DNA from: Thermodesulfovibrionales bacterium
GTDB lineage: Bacteria > Nitrospirota > Thermodesulfovibrionia > Thermodesulfovibrionales > SM23-35
Assembly: GCA_963715195.1 (NCBI GenBank)
Contig: CAVQRT010000003.1
Location: 250,792 to 314,791, forward strand
Length of the DNA stretch: 64,000 bases
Reading direction: 5' to 3'
The translations under genes were made by a program, and so were the position numbers. The notes below the pieces were generated by a model, which was given only the letters and a program-made list of their open reading frames with translations, was not told the DNA's origin and did no database searches. Below are positions 19,964-30,312 of this stretch, piece by piece. Numbering within the stretch: position 1 is the stretch's first letter; every line of letters begins with the position of its first letter.

Positions 19964-21217
19964 TCAGGCACTTATTCTTGTATAATTTACCCCCTTCTCG
20001 ATTCCTTCAATCCTGAAAAGAGGATCACCGTCTATCAACTGTTTGAGTTTCGCCGTATCAATCTGATTATAGAAAACAGGTTTTATAAAGGAAGGATCAT
20101 CGGCAGAGCCTAGCAGCCCGTTTTTTAACTCCGGATCATTCGAAATGATATCCGTTAATTTCAGAGCCTTATAAAGCCTGATATAGGTATTTACCCCGAT
20201 GCTGTCCGGGAGCGGCCTTCTCAGGATATCAAAATACTCCCTCAGGGTATCTTCCCTCTCATAAGGGAACCCGGTCAGGAAATCAACCGCTACGCGGATT
20301 CCGTTTGCCTTTGCACGGTAGACACATTTTTCATAATCTTCCCAGTAAAGAGGACATTTCTTCCAGGAATCGACAGTGAGCGTTATGAGATAAGCACCGG
20401 TGTCCTTCAATAACCTGAAGAGGTTCTTGCCGGCGTAAGCCGGCTTCATATAGAGCGCCCACCTGATGGGCAGCCCTGCGTGTTTCAATGCGGAACAGAA
20501 ATCTGCTGCGTATTCATCATTTTCATTGAATTCAGAGTCGCAGAGATGAAAATGATCGTATCCCGTTTCGACAAGGGTTTTGATTTCTCCGACAACGTCT
20601 GAGATCCCTTTAAAAGAAACCGGAGTGTTCGCCTCCAGACAGTAGACACAGGATGAACTGCATCCCTTATGGGTTTCAAATCCTGCAACCCCGCCTCTTT
20701 CGAAATACTTTTGATAATCCAAAGCACCCGATTTTCGCGGGCAGGAAGTGCCGAAAGAGTATATGCCCTGAAACACCCTCCCCTCCGATAATCCCTGCCC
20801 GTATTTCCTTAAAATATCGTTGACCGTTTTTTCGGCAGGACCCTTTACGGCATAATCTGCATCCAGATACTCGAGAATACCTTCAGGATTTGAGAGGAGT
20901 CCGGCCCCCCCAATCATGACGCGAAGACCGTGATGATGCCTCAGATGCCCAACGATTCCTTTGATTTCATTCAGAAAAAACTCGTTGGCATGATAGATCA
21001 CCGTGTCCACATTCCTGACTGTCACTCCTGCTATATGGGGTTGAAATGACCGGATAGAATGGTCGATGTCAGCGTAGAGATTCTCTGAAAAACAGAGATC
21101 GAGGATTTCAGCCTCATGCCCCTGCTCTATGAGAGATGCCGAAAGATATTCAAGGCCGATGGGAGGAACAGGAGGATTGCTATACCTGTTCGGATTGATA
21201 AGAAGAACCCTCATCAC
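19964..21217 (-). CDS. Cobalamin-dependent radical SAM protein, TsrM-like
   Basis: B12-binding N-terminus (LINPN...P.GLEYL, GVTVRNVDT), CSSSCVYC (CxxxCxxC), LCDSEFN. Confidence 0.85.
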   Translation of the reverse strand: MMRVLLINPNRYSNPPVPPIGLEYLSASLIEQGHEAEILDLCFSENLYADIDHSIRSFQPHIAGVTVRNVDTVIYHANEFFLNEIKGIVGHLRHHHGLRVMIGGAGLLSNPEGILEYLDADYAVKGPAEKTVNDILRKYGQGLSEGRVFQGIYSFGTSCPRKSGALDYQKYFERGGVAGFETHKGCSSSCVYCLEANTPVSFKGISDVVGEIKTLVETGYDHFHLCDSEFNENDEYAADFCSALKHAGLPIRWALYMKPAYAGKNLFRLLKDTGAYLITLTVDSWKKCPLYWEDYEKCVYRAKANGIRVAVDFLTGFPYEREDTLREYFDILRRPLPDSIGVNTYIRLYKALKLTDIISNDPELKNGLLGSADDPSFIKPVFYNQIDTAKLKQLIDGDPLFRIEGIEKGVNYTRISA

Positions 21218-21218
21218 G

Positions 21219-22004
21219 CTATGCTATATCGGTTGGTGAAAATATAACCTCATCCCTGAATGACTTTATCAGGTAAATCGATTTCGCGATCTGTTCATCA
21301 AGGACATCGACCATGGCTGCATCGAGTCCGGCACCGGCAAGATATGTCAGAAAGGACGCCTCCAGCCATTTTCTGACCACTCTCGGCATGCCGGGAGAGA
21401 TGTTGGAAATCCAGGCGATGGTATTGACCGGAGGTTCGACGAGTTCTTTCAGGATACGGATACATTCAAGCGAGTTCACCAGATGATTCTGCCCCATTCC
21501 TCTGCTGATGTGCACGACGGAGGGATCGGCAAAGAGTCTTTCGTTGGGGATATCGGCACCATTTGCCTTTTCGATGAGTTCCTCAATGATCTGGAGTTTT
21601 GCTTCCAGCGACGACGGGATTGTTCCTCCTGAAGCTCTCAAAATGAGCGACGCCCCTGTACCGGCAACGAGAGAAAGAAGGTCTTCCTGGTTCTCAGGTT
21701 CTGTCTTCGAGATAAAATTGATGAGAGGCGGTTTCTTGCACAACGGCATGCTCCTTCTGAGCGCCTGAATATTTCTTGAATCAAGAGAAAAGGGACCTTC
21801 CGTATAATCAGAGATAATCTCAACGATCAGCGGCAGACTATCTTCATCGCCGATGCCGTCGAGGGAGCACTGCACATTGATCATATCAGCGCCGGATTTC
21901 TGAATTTCTTCAGCAATGGCCGAGAGCACCTTCTTATCCCTTTTAACGAGTGCATCAAGATAGGCACTGTTTCGCACATTCAAATTATCTGCGATAGCGA
22001 TCAT
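21219..22004 (-). CDS. Pterin-binding methyltetrahydrofolate:corrinoid methyltransferase (AcsE/MetH-folate-domain-like)
   Basis: SLDS, LIN, FADP, ISNIS, AGLDAA motifs of the DHPS-like fold; GGAGG RBS before ATG at 22004. Confidence 0.85.
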   Translation of the reverse strand: MIAIADNLNVRNSAYLDALVKRDKKVLSAIAEEIQKSGADMINVQCSLDGIGDEDSLPLIVEIISDYTEGPFSLDSRNIQALRRSMPLCKKPPLINFISKTEPENQEDLLSLVAGTGASLILRASGGTIPSSLEAKLQIIEELIEKANGADIPNERLFADPSVVHISRGMGQNHLVNSLECIRILKELVEPPVNTIAWISNISPGMPRVVRKWLEASFLTYLAGAGLDAAMVDVLDEQIAKSIYLIKSFRDEVIFSPTDIA

Positions 22005-22090
22005 TTTTTCCTCCCGCAAATTAAATTTATCAGTGTTTTCATTATAACACCATGCTCTCAGTCAACCCAGAAAATGAGTTGGCAAAGTGT

Positions 22091-22220
22091 AGATGTTGTG
22101 AGAAAAATTATTTTTCGATACCTAAATGTACCCTGAACCAATGGATTCATCAACATATTTATTCAGAGAGCATTAATAGATATTTAAATCATCGAGTTCA
22201 ATAATTTTCAAGCAATGTCT
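22091..22220. mobile_element. MITE-like element, copy 1
   Basis: Similar to 24264-24403 along its length; imperfect terminal inverted repeats agatgttgtgagaaaaattat / ataattttcaagcaatgtct. Confidence 0.6.
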
Positions 22221-22232
22221 TCACTTTGGGGC

Positions 22233-24227
22233 TTAGGCTTTTATTCCAACCTCGATCATTCTGTTCCGCATTGCCTTCATCTTGTCCCGCAAAGCCGCAG
22301 CGCGCTCAAATTCAAGCTTCCTTGCGGCTTCCTTCATCTCCGCCTCGAGTTTTTTCAGCGCTTCCTCGTCATATCCGTACCCGCCTTCCTCTTCAGCAAT
22401 TGCGGGCACCGTCCAGTAATCAGCCTCATAGATCGAGCTCAGGACATCCTTGATTTCCGATCTGACGGTTTCCGGCGTTATCCCCAGTTCATGGTTATAG
22501 TTCTCCTGTATTTTCCGTCTCCTCTCTGTCTCCTGCAGGGCCCTCTGCATCGATCCGGTTATGGTATCCCCGTACAGGATGACCTCTCCGTTGATATTCC
22601 GTGCAGCACGACCTGCCGTTTGTATCAAAGAGCGCTCGGAACGAAGAAACCCTTCTTTATCTGCATCAAGGATTGCAACCAGTGAAACCTCGGGCAGGTC
22701 AAGCCCTTCACGCAGGAGATTCACCCCGATCAGGACATCGAAGTTTCCAAGCCTCAGGTCCCGCAATATCGCTATCCGCTCAAGCGTATCAATATCAGAA
22801 TGCAGATATCGTGCCCTTACATCAAGATTCACATAGTAATCCGTCAAATCCTCTGCCATCTTCTTTGTCAGCGTTGTAACCAGGACCCTCTCACCCCGTT
22901 CCGCGCGTTTGCGGATTTCTCCCAAAAGGTCATCGACCTGTCCCGCAATGGGACGGATGAGAAGTTTCGGGTCAATAAGTCCGGTCGGTCTGATAATCTG
23001 CTCAATTACCCTTCCCTTTGATTTTTCAAATTCATAGGGTCCGGGGGTTGCTGACACATAAATTGCCTGATTGATCCTGTGTTCGAATTCACTGAATCTC
23101 AGAGGCCTGTTATCGAGCGCGGAAGGCAGCCTGAATCCGAATTCAATCAAGGGCTTTTTCCTTGACCGGTCGCCTTCGTACATGCCGCCGATCTGCGGTA
23201 TTGTTGCATGAGACTCGTCAACAACAAAAAGAAAGTCATCAGGAAAATAATCTATGAGCGTATAGGGGGGTTCCCCGGGTGCGCGTCCGCTGAGGTGCCG
23301 GGAATAATTTTCGATTCCGTGACAATACCCGAATTCCCTGAGCATCTCCAGATCGAACCTCGTCCGCTGCTCGATCCTCTGCGCTTCAAACGGCTTTCCT
23401 TCGTTCAATAGCAAAGCTATCCTCTCTTCCATCTCTTTCCCGATATTTTGCAATGCGGGGTCAAGCCTTGCACGCGGAGTTATCCAGTGGCTGTTCGGGA
23501 AGATGGCAATTTTATGAAGCTTTCGGATCTTCTCCCCGGTGAGCGGATCAAACTCATGGAGAGCATCGATATCATCTCCGAAGAACTCAATACGGATTGC
23601 CTTATCGAGCGAAAAAGACGGGAATACCTCAACAATGTCACCCCGCACCCTCACAGTGCCCCTCGCAAATTCCCGCTCCGAACGGGTATACTGCATTTCG
23701 ATCAGTCTCCTGAGGATGGCATCCCGTTCTGAATGCATTCCCTCCTCAATTACGAGATGCATATCCATGTAGTCCTTCGGGGAACCGATGCCGTATATGC
23801 ATGAAACAGAGGCCACTACAATCGTATCCCTCCGCTCGAGAACAGCCCGGGTAGCTGAATGCCGCATTCTGTCGATATCATCGTTAATCAGAGCATCTTT
23901 TTCTATATAGGTATCGGTTGTCGGGATGTATGCCTCAGGCTGATAGTAGTCATAATAACTGACAAAAAACTCCACCGCATTGTCAGGGAAGAGTTCCCTG
24001 AATTCACCGTAGAGCTGGGCGGCAAGGGTTTTGTTATGGGCAATCACAAGGGTGGGCCTGTTGAGGCCTGCGATTACATTCGCAATGGTGAATGTCTTTC
24101 CTGATCCCGTGACACCCAAAAGGACCTGGTGCTTCCGTCCTTGCCTGAGCCCCTCCGAAAGTTCTTTGATGGCGTTTGGCTGATCACCCTTTGGGGAAAA
24201 GGATGTAACAAGTCTGAATACGTTCAT
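22233..24227 (-). CDS. uvrB: Excinuclease ABC subunit B
   Basis: [42 protein letters not shown]-terminal UVR domain. Confidence 0.97.
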   Translation of the reverse strand: MNVFRLVTSFSPKGDQPNAIKELSEGLRQGRKHQVLLGVTGSGKTFTIANVIAGLNRPTLVIAHNKTLAAQLYGEFRELFPDNAVEFFVSYYDYYQPEAYIPTTDTYIEKDALINDDIDRMRHSATRAVLERRDTIVVASVSCIYGIGSPKDYMDMHLVIEEGMHSERDAILRRLIEMQYTRSEREFARGTVRVRGDIVEVFPSFSLDKAIRIEFFGDDIDALHEFDPLTGEKIRKLHKIAIFPNSHWITPRARLDPALQNIGKEMEERIALLLNEGKPFEAQRIEQRTRFDLEMLREFGYCHGIENYSRHLSGRAPGEPPYTLIDYFPDDFLFVVDESHATIPQIGGMYEGDRSRKKPLIEFGFRLPSALDNRPLRFSEFEHRINQAIYVSATPGPYEFEKSKGRVIEQIIRPTGLIDPKLLIRPIAGQVDDLLGEIRKRAERGERVLVTTLTKKMAEDLTDYYVNLDVRARYLHSDIDTLERIAILRDLRLGNFDVLIGVNLLREGLDLPEVSLVAILDADKEGFLRSERSLIQTAGRAARNINGEVILYGDTITGSMQRALQETERRRKIQENYNHELGITPETVRSEIKDVLSSIYEADYWTVPAIAEEEGGYGYDEEALKKLEAEMKEAARKLEFERAAALRDKMKAMRNRMIEVGIKA

Positions 24228-24250
24228 GAGAATTATTTTACCTGGAAAAT

Positions 24251-24416
24251 GAATTCAAAAAGAGGAGATGTTGTGAGAAAAATTATTTGTCGATACCGAA
24301 GTATGCCTCTAACTGATGGTTTCATGATATGTTTATTCACAGGGCGTTTCAAAATAATTTCAACCAAATCATCGATTTAAATTATTTTTCGAATAACGTC
24401 TCCTCTTTTTGATTTT
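24251..24416. mobile_element. MITE-like element, copy 2
   Basis: Terminal inverted repeats tcaaaaagaggagatgtt / aacgtctcctctttttga; interior similar to 22091-22220. Confidence 0.6.
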
Positions 24417-24423
24417 ACGGCAA

Positions 24424-25086
24424 TCAGACAGATTCTGAACAGATGGGCGACAGCATATCATTGAGGGGACATCCGCCGCACAGCGGATTGGTCCTCCTGC
24501 AGAAGGTTTTTCCTGCCCTGACAAAAAGCGCGTGATATTCGTTATACAGAGATACATTCCTCCTGACAGAATCGTGAAAGAGTCCCTGAAATTCATCATA
24601 CGGCCTGCCGGATGCCATAATCCCGTGTCGCGAAAGTATTCGTTTCGTATACGCATCGATGACAAAGACCGGCTTATCGAGGGCATAAAGGAGTATCGAA
24701 TCTGCTGTCTCCGGCCCTATGCCGTGAACCCGGAGAAGCTTTGTCCTGAGCCGACCTGCATCCTCTCCTGCCATATTCTCCATCTTTCCGCGGTAATCAT
24801 TCATGAGGAATGAAAGAAAGGATTGCAGCCTTTGAGCCTTTACATTGAAATAACCCGCGGGTCTGATCAGCAAAGCAAGTTCCTTGCCTGACAATCCATG
24901 CATATCATGGGGTGAGAGAAGATCGTGATTCTTCAAATTCTGAATGGCATTTTCCACATTGCTCCAGTTCGTGCTCTGCGTGAGAATCGCGCCAACCGCC
25001 ACCTCAAACGGAGTATCCCCCGGCCACCACTTCTGTGGACCAAAATATCGATACAGTTTTCTATAGATCACCAGCAGTGTGTTCAT
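24424..25086 (-). CDS. Endonuclease III-related HhH-GPD DNA glycosylase
   Basis: WWPGDTPFEV.VGAILTQ, GIGPETADSILLY, VIDAYTKR, C-terminal Cys cluster. Confidence 0.9.
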   Translation of the reverse strand: MNTLLVIYRKLYRYFGPQKWWPGDTPFEVAVGAILTQSTNWSNVENAIQNLKNHDLLSPHDMHGLSGKELALLIRPAGYFNVKAQRLQSFLSFLMNDYRGKMENMAGEDAGRLRTKLLRVHGIGPETADSILLYALDKPVFVIDAYTKRILSRHGIMASGRPYDEFQGLFHDSVRRNVSLYNEYHALFVRAGKTFCRRTNPLCGGCPLNDMLSPICSESV

Positions 25087-25239
25087 TTTTAATTGTATAC
25101 CATTTCACAGCCTGCTCACTATAATCAACATTTCCTGTAGAAGCGGATATAAAAAAACATAGAATCTGCACCGAAATACTGCTAAAATGAATGGGGGAAC
25201 ATTTAGTATAGTTTTTTATCACATGGGAGGTTTTTAATC

Positions 25240-26586
25240 ATGGAATTACACAACGTTGTTACTGTCAAAGAAGGCCTTGTGGAAATCAGGGATCTCGATA
25301 AACTGAGAAATATGATGGGCGGTCTCATCTATAAAGCGGTGTTTTCGGAAGGTGAAACAAAGACCGCTCTTTTGCTCCTGGTGAAGGAAATTGCGAAGGC
25401 AGCAGGTGCAGTTCCGTCGTCTATCCAATCACTCTATGAAGAGATGGGCAGGTCGTATCCAGGATTTACGGTACCGGCTATCAATATCCGGGGCCTTTCG
25501 TATGATGTAGCACGGGTTATTTTCAAAAAGGCGATGGAGATGAATGTCGGGCCTGTTATATTCGAGATAGCCCGTTCCGAAATCGGGTATACGAAGCAGC
25601 GGCCGCTCGAATATTCCGCGGTTGTGCTCGCAGCCGCAGTGAGAGAGGGATATGCAGGGCCTGTTTTCATTCAGGGTGATCATTTTCAGCTTGTCAGGAA
25701 ATACTATCTCGCTGATCCAAAACCGGAAACAGAGTATGTAAAAGGATTGATCCAGGAAGCCATTGAAGCCGAGTTCTATAATATCGATATAGACACATCG
25801 ACCATTGTTGATATTGAAAAGGAGACAATCAAAGAACAGCAGAGGAACAACTTCGAGATGACCGCCGAACTTGCTTCCTATATACGGTCAATCCAGCCTG
25901 CCGGTGTCGAGGTATCAATTGGAGGGGAAATCGGGGAGATTGGCGGAAAAAACAGCACTGCGGATGAACTAAGGGCATATCTCGATGGATTTCGGGAAAC
26001 GTTTAAAGAGAACAAAGGCTTGAGTAAGCTCAGCGTTCAGACCGGCACGAGCCATGGAGGAGTTGTCCTGCCGGATGGGACACTTGCAAAGGTAAAGATC
26101 GATTTTGAGACCTTAAGGACCCTTTCAGATATTGCACGGAAGGAATACGGCCTTTCCGGATGTGTGCAGCACGGTGCTTCTACCCTGCCTGAGGATGCAT
26201 TTCATATGTTCCCGGAGACGGGCACATCTGAAGTCCATCTTGCCACGGGATTCCAGAATATCATGTATGACAGTGCAGCACTTCCTGCAGAATTCAGGAA
26301 TGAGGTCTACGCTTTTATGAAGCAGGAGTATGGGAAAGAATGGAAGGAAGGTCAGACTGAGGAGCAGTTTATCTACAGTACGAGAAAAAAGGGCTTTGGT
26401 CCCCTAAAGAAGAAATGGTGGGAACTGCCTGCAAACGTCAAGGAACCGATCATGAATGAGCTGAATGCAAAATTTGCCTTGCTGTTCCATAAGCTCAGGG
26501 TTACCAATACTGTCGACATAGTAAAGAAAACCGTGAAGCCGGTAGTAGTCAAGAAGGAAATCAATGCAGAGGTGCCTGGATTATAA
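25240..26586 (+). CDS. Class II fructose-bisphosphate aldolase family protein
   Basis: TVPAINIR, QGDHFQ, GGEIGEIGG, GTSHGG, VQHGASTLP. Confidence 0.9.
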   Translation: MELHNVVTVKEGLVEIRDLDKLRNMMGGLIYKAVFSEGETKTALLLLVKEIAKAAGAVPSSIQSLYEEMGRSYPGFTVPAINIRGLSYDVARVIFKKAMEMNVGPVIFEIARSEIGYTKQRPLEYSAVVLAAAVREGYAGPVFIQGDHFQLVRKYYLADPKPETEYVKGLIQEAIEAEFYNIDIDTSTIVDIEKETIKEQQRNNFEMTAELASYIRSIQPAGVEVSIGGEIGEIGGKNSTADELRAYLDGFRETFKENKGLSKLSVQTGTSHGGVVLPDGTLAKVKIDFETLRTLSDIARKEYGLSGCVQHGASTLPEDAFHMFPETGTSEVHLATGFQNIMYDSAALPAEFRNEVYAFMKQEYGKEWKEGQTEEQFIYSTRKKGFGPLKKKWWELPANVKEPIMNELNAKFALLFHKLRVTNTVDIVKKTVKPVVVKKEINAEVPGL

Positions 26587-26605
26587 GATTTTATTGTTAA
26601 GATAC

Positions 26606-26629
26606 ACCCTGCGGGCTCTGCCGCAGGGT
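26606..26629 (+). terminator. Stem-loop after the aldolase gene
   Basis: accctgcgg-gctctg-ccgcagggt followed by tcttc. Confidence 0.5.
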
Positions 26630-26673
26630 TCTTCACAGTAGACAATAAGCCATTCCATTATTAAGGAGGTTGC

Positions 26674-27276
26674 ATGAAATTCGTAACAAACCTTTTCATC
26701 GGGCTGTTCGTGATTATGAACATCTCTTCAGGTTTTGCTGATGACAAACAAAAACCGTTTACAAAAAAGGAGATCGCAAAAATGGCTGAATCCAGAGCAG
26801 TAATCGAAACGAAATTCGGAAACATGGATCTGAAATTCTTTCCCGAGGTTGCACCAAATCATGTCAACAACTTTATCGAACTTGCAAAAAAGGGGTTCTA
26901 TGATGGCACAACGTTTCACCGCATTATTCCGGGCTTCATGATTCAGGGCGGAGACCCGAATTCGAAAAATCCCGATAAGTCTCAGCACGGTATGGGGGGT
27001 CCCGGATATACCGTAAAAGCCGAATTCAACGAAAAACCCCACAAAAGGGGTATTCTCTCCATGGCAAGGTCGGGGCATCCCGACAGCGCCGGCTCGCAGT
27101 TTTTCATCTGCGTAGCTGACGCCCCTTTTCTCAACAGGCAATACACGGTTTTCGGAGAAGTGATTTCCGGAATGGAGGTTGCCGATAAAATTGTTAGCCA
27201 GCCGAGAGACCGGAAGGATAATCCTAACGAGAGAATCGAGATGAAGATCAGAATTATAGAAGGACCTGAGAAGTAG
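26674..27276 (+). CDS. Cyclophilin-type peptidyl-prolyl isomerase (exported)
   Basis: FYDGTTFHRIIPGFMIQGGDP, LSMAR, SAGSQFFI; N-terminal signal-like segment. Confidence 0.93.
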   Translation: MKFVTNLFIGLFVIMNISSGFADDKQKPFTKKEIAKMAESRAVIETKFGNMDLKFFPEVAPNHVNNFIELAKKGFYDGTTFHRIIPGFMIQGGDPNSKNPDKSQHGMGGPGYTVKAEFNEKPHKRGILSMARSGHPDSAGSQFFICVADAPFLNRQYTVFGEVISGMEVADKIVSQPRDRKDNPNERIEMKIRIIEGPEK

Positions 27277-27290
27277 TATCCGATCAATAT

Positions 27291-28157
27291 ATGATGATGC
27301 GAGAACTAAAATATATTTTCTTTTTTCTGTCGGTCGTGTTCATTGCATCTCCGGCCTGTTCTCAGACAAAGACCGATGCTCAGCAAAAACCGGTTTTCAG
27401 GGTAAGCGACCAGAAAACAATCAGCCACGCACAGATGATCGATGACCTCAAACAGGGTCAGATCGTCTTTGCCGGCGAATCGCATGATAATCAGGCACAT
27501 CACCAACTGCAGCTTGATATCATAAAAACTCTGCATAGCTCCGGCAGGCCTTTGGCGGTGGGTTTCGAGATGTTTACCGAAAAAAGCCAGGGGTTCCTTG
27601 ACAGGTGGGTCTCCGGCAATCTTTCCCAGGATGAATTTATCAGAGTATATTACGAAAACTGGAACTTTCCATGGCCGCTCTATCGGGATATTCTTCTCTA
27701 TCTGAAAGACAATAAAATTCCTGCTATAGGATTGAATGTGGAACCGTCTATTACCCGGAAAGTTTCACAGTCAGGCTTTGCTTCGCTGACGAAAGAAGAG
27801 CTCAAGAAGCTTCCCCCCGATGTTGGCTGTGCTGTTGACAAACACTATATGGATTTCATCCGGAGGGCATATGCGACGCACGGACACGGGAACAGGGAAT
27901 TTCTTTTTTTCTGCCAGGCACAACTGCTCTGGGATCAGGTAATGGCGCGTAATATCGTCAGTTTTCTGCAGAAGAATCCGGAAAGAACAATCATTGTCAT
28001 CACAGGGAACGGGCATGCCTGGAAACGGGGGATCCCTGAACAGGTTCGCCTTTTATCTGATCAATTCAGATACCGGGTACTCTTACCGTTTATTCCGGGT
28101 CATATCGACTCACGGTTTATTACGACCGGAGATGCGGATTATCTTTTGTCGCCGTGA
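27291..28157 (+). CDS. ChaN-family (heme-uptake/Tiki-like) exported protein
   Basis: GESHD...HHQLQ, GFEMF, WDQVMA, GNGH motifs; signal/lipobox-like N-terminus. Confidence 0.85.
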   Translation: MMMRELKYIFFFLSVVFIASPACSQTKTDAQQKPVFRVSDQKTISHAQMIDDLKQGQIVFAGESHDNQAHHQLQLDIIKTLHSSGRPLAVGFEMFTEKSQGFLDRWVSGNLSQDEFIRVYYENWNFPWPLYRDILLYLKDNKIPAIGLNVEPSITRKVSQSGFASLTKEELKKLPPDVGCAVDKHYMDFIRRAYATHGHGNREFLFFCQAQLLWDQVMARNIVSFLQKNPERTIIVITGNGHAWKRGIPEQVRLLSDQFRYRVLLPFIPGHIDSRFITTGDADYLLSP

Positions 28158-28175
28158 TATGGTAATATTTTTCAT

Positions 28176-28252
28176 CGGGGCGTAGCGCAGCCTGGTAGCG
28201 CACACGGTTCGGGACCGTGGAGTCGAAGGTTCAAATCCTTTCGCCCCGACCA
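28176..28252 (+). tRNA. tRNA-Pro (CGG)
   Basis: CGGGGCGTAGCGCAGCCTGGTAGCGCA CACGG-TTCGGGA-CCGTG ... GGTTCAAATCC...CGCCCCGACCA. Confidence 0.96.
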
Positions 28253-28452
28253 GCAATTTTTCTTTAAAAATATATAGTTATACCCGCCTAAATGCTCATA
28301 AAGTAGGGCACAAGTCATTTTTCCAACACATTTCACTTCAGAGAACTACCCGTTTCAGAACAATCAAAACCTCTTCCAGAAAATCTATGAAACCTTTTTA
28401 GACAGAGGGCAAGGGGTGAGACAAGGATGGAACAATCAGAAAGATGGAGATT

Positions 28453-28577
28453 TATCTTCATAATTTATTCATATTTTCTTCGTCATTTCTTCATATTTTT
28501 TTTGTATTCTAAAAACCAGATAATAAAATTTCTTCATTTTGGCAGCCAGTAGCCCTCCTGCTGGCTGCTCACCTCCA
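28453..28577 (+). repeat. ~125-bp element with CCUCC hairpin (candidate sRNA), copy A
   Basis: Inverted copy at 42337-42459; 49-nt core has 48/49 identity. Confidence 0.8.
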
Positions 28578-28835
28578 CAAAAAAAGCTGCGACATACCTC
28601 CTGAAGTCCTCTGGTAAAAGTTCTTCCCGTATCAAAGACCCATGATATCTACGAAACCGGAAGAGGGAATACTTCGATGGGGGAATGAGCTATCACGAGG
28701 CAACCATCTCACGTTCTTCTTCTCTACTCAGCATAGACGAAAACATGCAACAGAGTATTGTTACAAAACCTGCACTCAGCAGTGACACTGCGAAAATAAT
28801 GTATAACATTTACCTCCTCACTTTCTCTGTAACCA

Positions 28836-29114
28836 TCAACTGATTTTTTTACGATTAGAAGGTAGAACGCGAACTCCTGCCTTTCGATGAACTGTATCTG
28901 AAGCATGAAGTTTTTGAAAGTGATCCTTTATCTCTTCTTCAGTAAATTGGAAATGTTTTAACACCATGTAACTATCTATCTCTATTTTTTTTGAAGCCGC
29001 ACAAACAATATTTATCATCTCACTGATTGCCACATGAGTTGGATAATCCTCTTCAATCTCAAGGGGGATGTCTTTCATAAATTTCTTTTTAAATGATTCT
29101 TTAAGATTTTTCAT
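28836..29114 (-). CDS. Hypothetical protein
   Basis: ORF with a GAGGGA RBS before ATG at 29114; no recognisable motif. Confidence 0.4.
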   Translation of the reverse strand: MKNLKESFKKKFMKDIPLEIEEDYPTHVAISEMINIVCAASKKIEIDSYMVLKHFQFTEEEIKDHFQKLHASDTVHRKAGVRVLPSNRKKIS

Positions 29115-29133
29115 TTTATCCCTCTTTTCATGC

Positions 29134-29340
29134 TCAACACTTCTTTGTATCTCTATGTGATAGAAATTCATGCTTTTCAATAATCATTTTTATCAAAGAA
29201 AACCTCTCTTCCAAAGGGATCGTTAAATAGAAAGATGATTCCAACAAAATCGATATCAATTCCTTCATCTTATGTCTGTACTGCACTCTTTCATGCTCAT
29301 TTCTCATCATTAATACACTCATAGTATTATTTTGTATCAT
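29134..29340 (-). CDS. Small hypothetical protein (core MKELISILLESSFYLTIPLEERFSLIK)
   Basis: ORF with an amphipathic helical pattern; start uncertain (29268 possible). Confidence 0.45.
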   Translation of the reverse strand: MIQNNTMSVLMMRNEHERVQYRHKMKELISILLESSFYLTIPLEERFSLIKMIIEKHEFLSHRDTKKC

Positions 29341-29378
29341 TCACACACCAAGAAATAGAGGGGTCCGTCTGATTTCTT

Positions 29379-29415
29379 TGTAAGTACTTGTCTCTTTATT
29401 CTGTAAGTACCTGTC
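29379..29415. promoter_or_regulatory. Direct repeat TGTAAGTACYTGTC x2 (candidate regulator binding site)
   Basis: tgtaagtacttgtc at 29379 and tgtaagtacctgtc at 29402, between divergent ORFs. Confidence 0.45.
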
Positions 29416-29641
29416 CTACAAGAGGGGACACAAATCTGAACTCCTTAACCTAAATGCTTAAAATACAAAGTAGATAACGAACTCAAGATTTTTATGAACC
29501 TTTCGAAGCTGCTTTTGTAGGAGGTGGCTATGAGAAAAAGAAGATGCGATTTTTGCCGACCAACCAGAAATCTCTTATTGCAATTATTTAAAGAAAGAAA
29601 AACAATAAGATTTGTTATACTTACCATTAAGGCGGGAGAAA

Positions 29642-29980
29642 GTGAAACGTTTAGTAATATTGTCAATTATAATGTTAAGTGTTGCGTATGCAACCACGAC
29701 GAAAACCATTTTTGCAGGTCAAACAACGGAAAATATAAATGATAAATCTATATTATCCGGGAAGGTAGTTGAAACAATGGATAGCGGTAGATACACTTAT
29801 GTGTGTCTCGAAAAGAACAATAAAAAGACTTGGGTAGCGGTCTATAAAATGAATGTAGTTTTGGGGCAGCACATGTCTTTTAAACCTGGAATTGAGATGG
29901 TAAATTTTGAGAGTAAAACTCTCAATCGTAAATTTGATAAGATTTACTTTTCAGGAGGGCCAATAACTATTGAGAAATGA
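29642..29980 (+). CDS. Exported small beta-rich protein (NrfJ-like/OB-fold-associated domain)
   Basis: Signal peptide, then SGKVVETMDSGRYTYV..KTWVAV..NFESKTLNRKFDKIYF. Confidence 0.7.
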   Translation: MKRLVILSIIMLSVAYATTTKTIFAGQTTENINDKSILSGKVVETMDSGRYTYVCLEKNNKKTWVAVYKMNVVLGQHMSFKPGIEMVNFESKTLNRKFDKIYFSGGPITIEK

Positions 29981-30312
29981 AATGAATTATTGATAGACAC
30001 AAAACCTCTTTTATCCTTCCATAGATTGTCTTTTCAAATAGCGACAAATCAATACATTCTCTGTGCCAAACCCTTCCTGGAACTGAGATTTTCAGAATAA
30101 TCTCTCTGGTAGCGGGTTGCTTCTGAAAATCACCACCTCACACCGATAATTGACCAAAATTATTTTTGAAAAAGCACTATTACCATTGCGTTTATTCGTT
30201 TTTTTTATGATAATTGAATGGGGTTATTTCTGCTGGTCAGGTTTTAATGTGAGGGCATTACTATTTGAGCGAAAACCTGATTTACTTCAATAATGAGTAT
30301 TAAAGTTAATGG

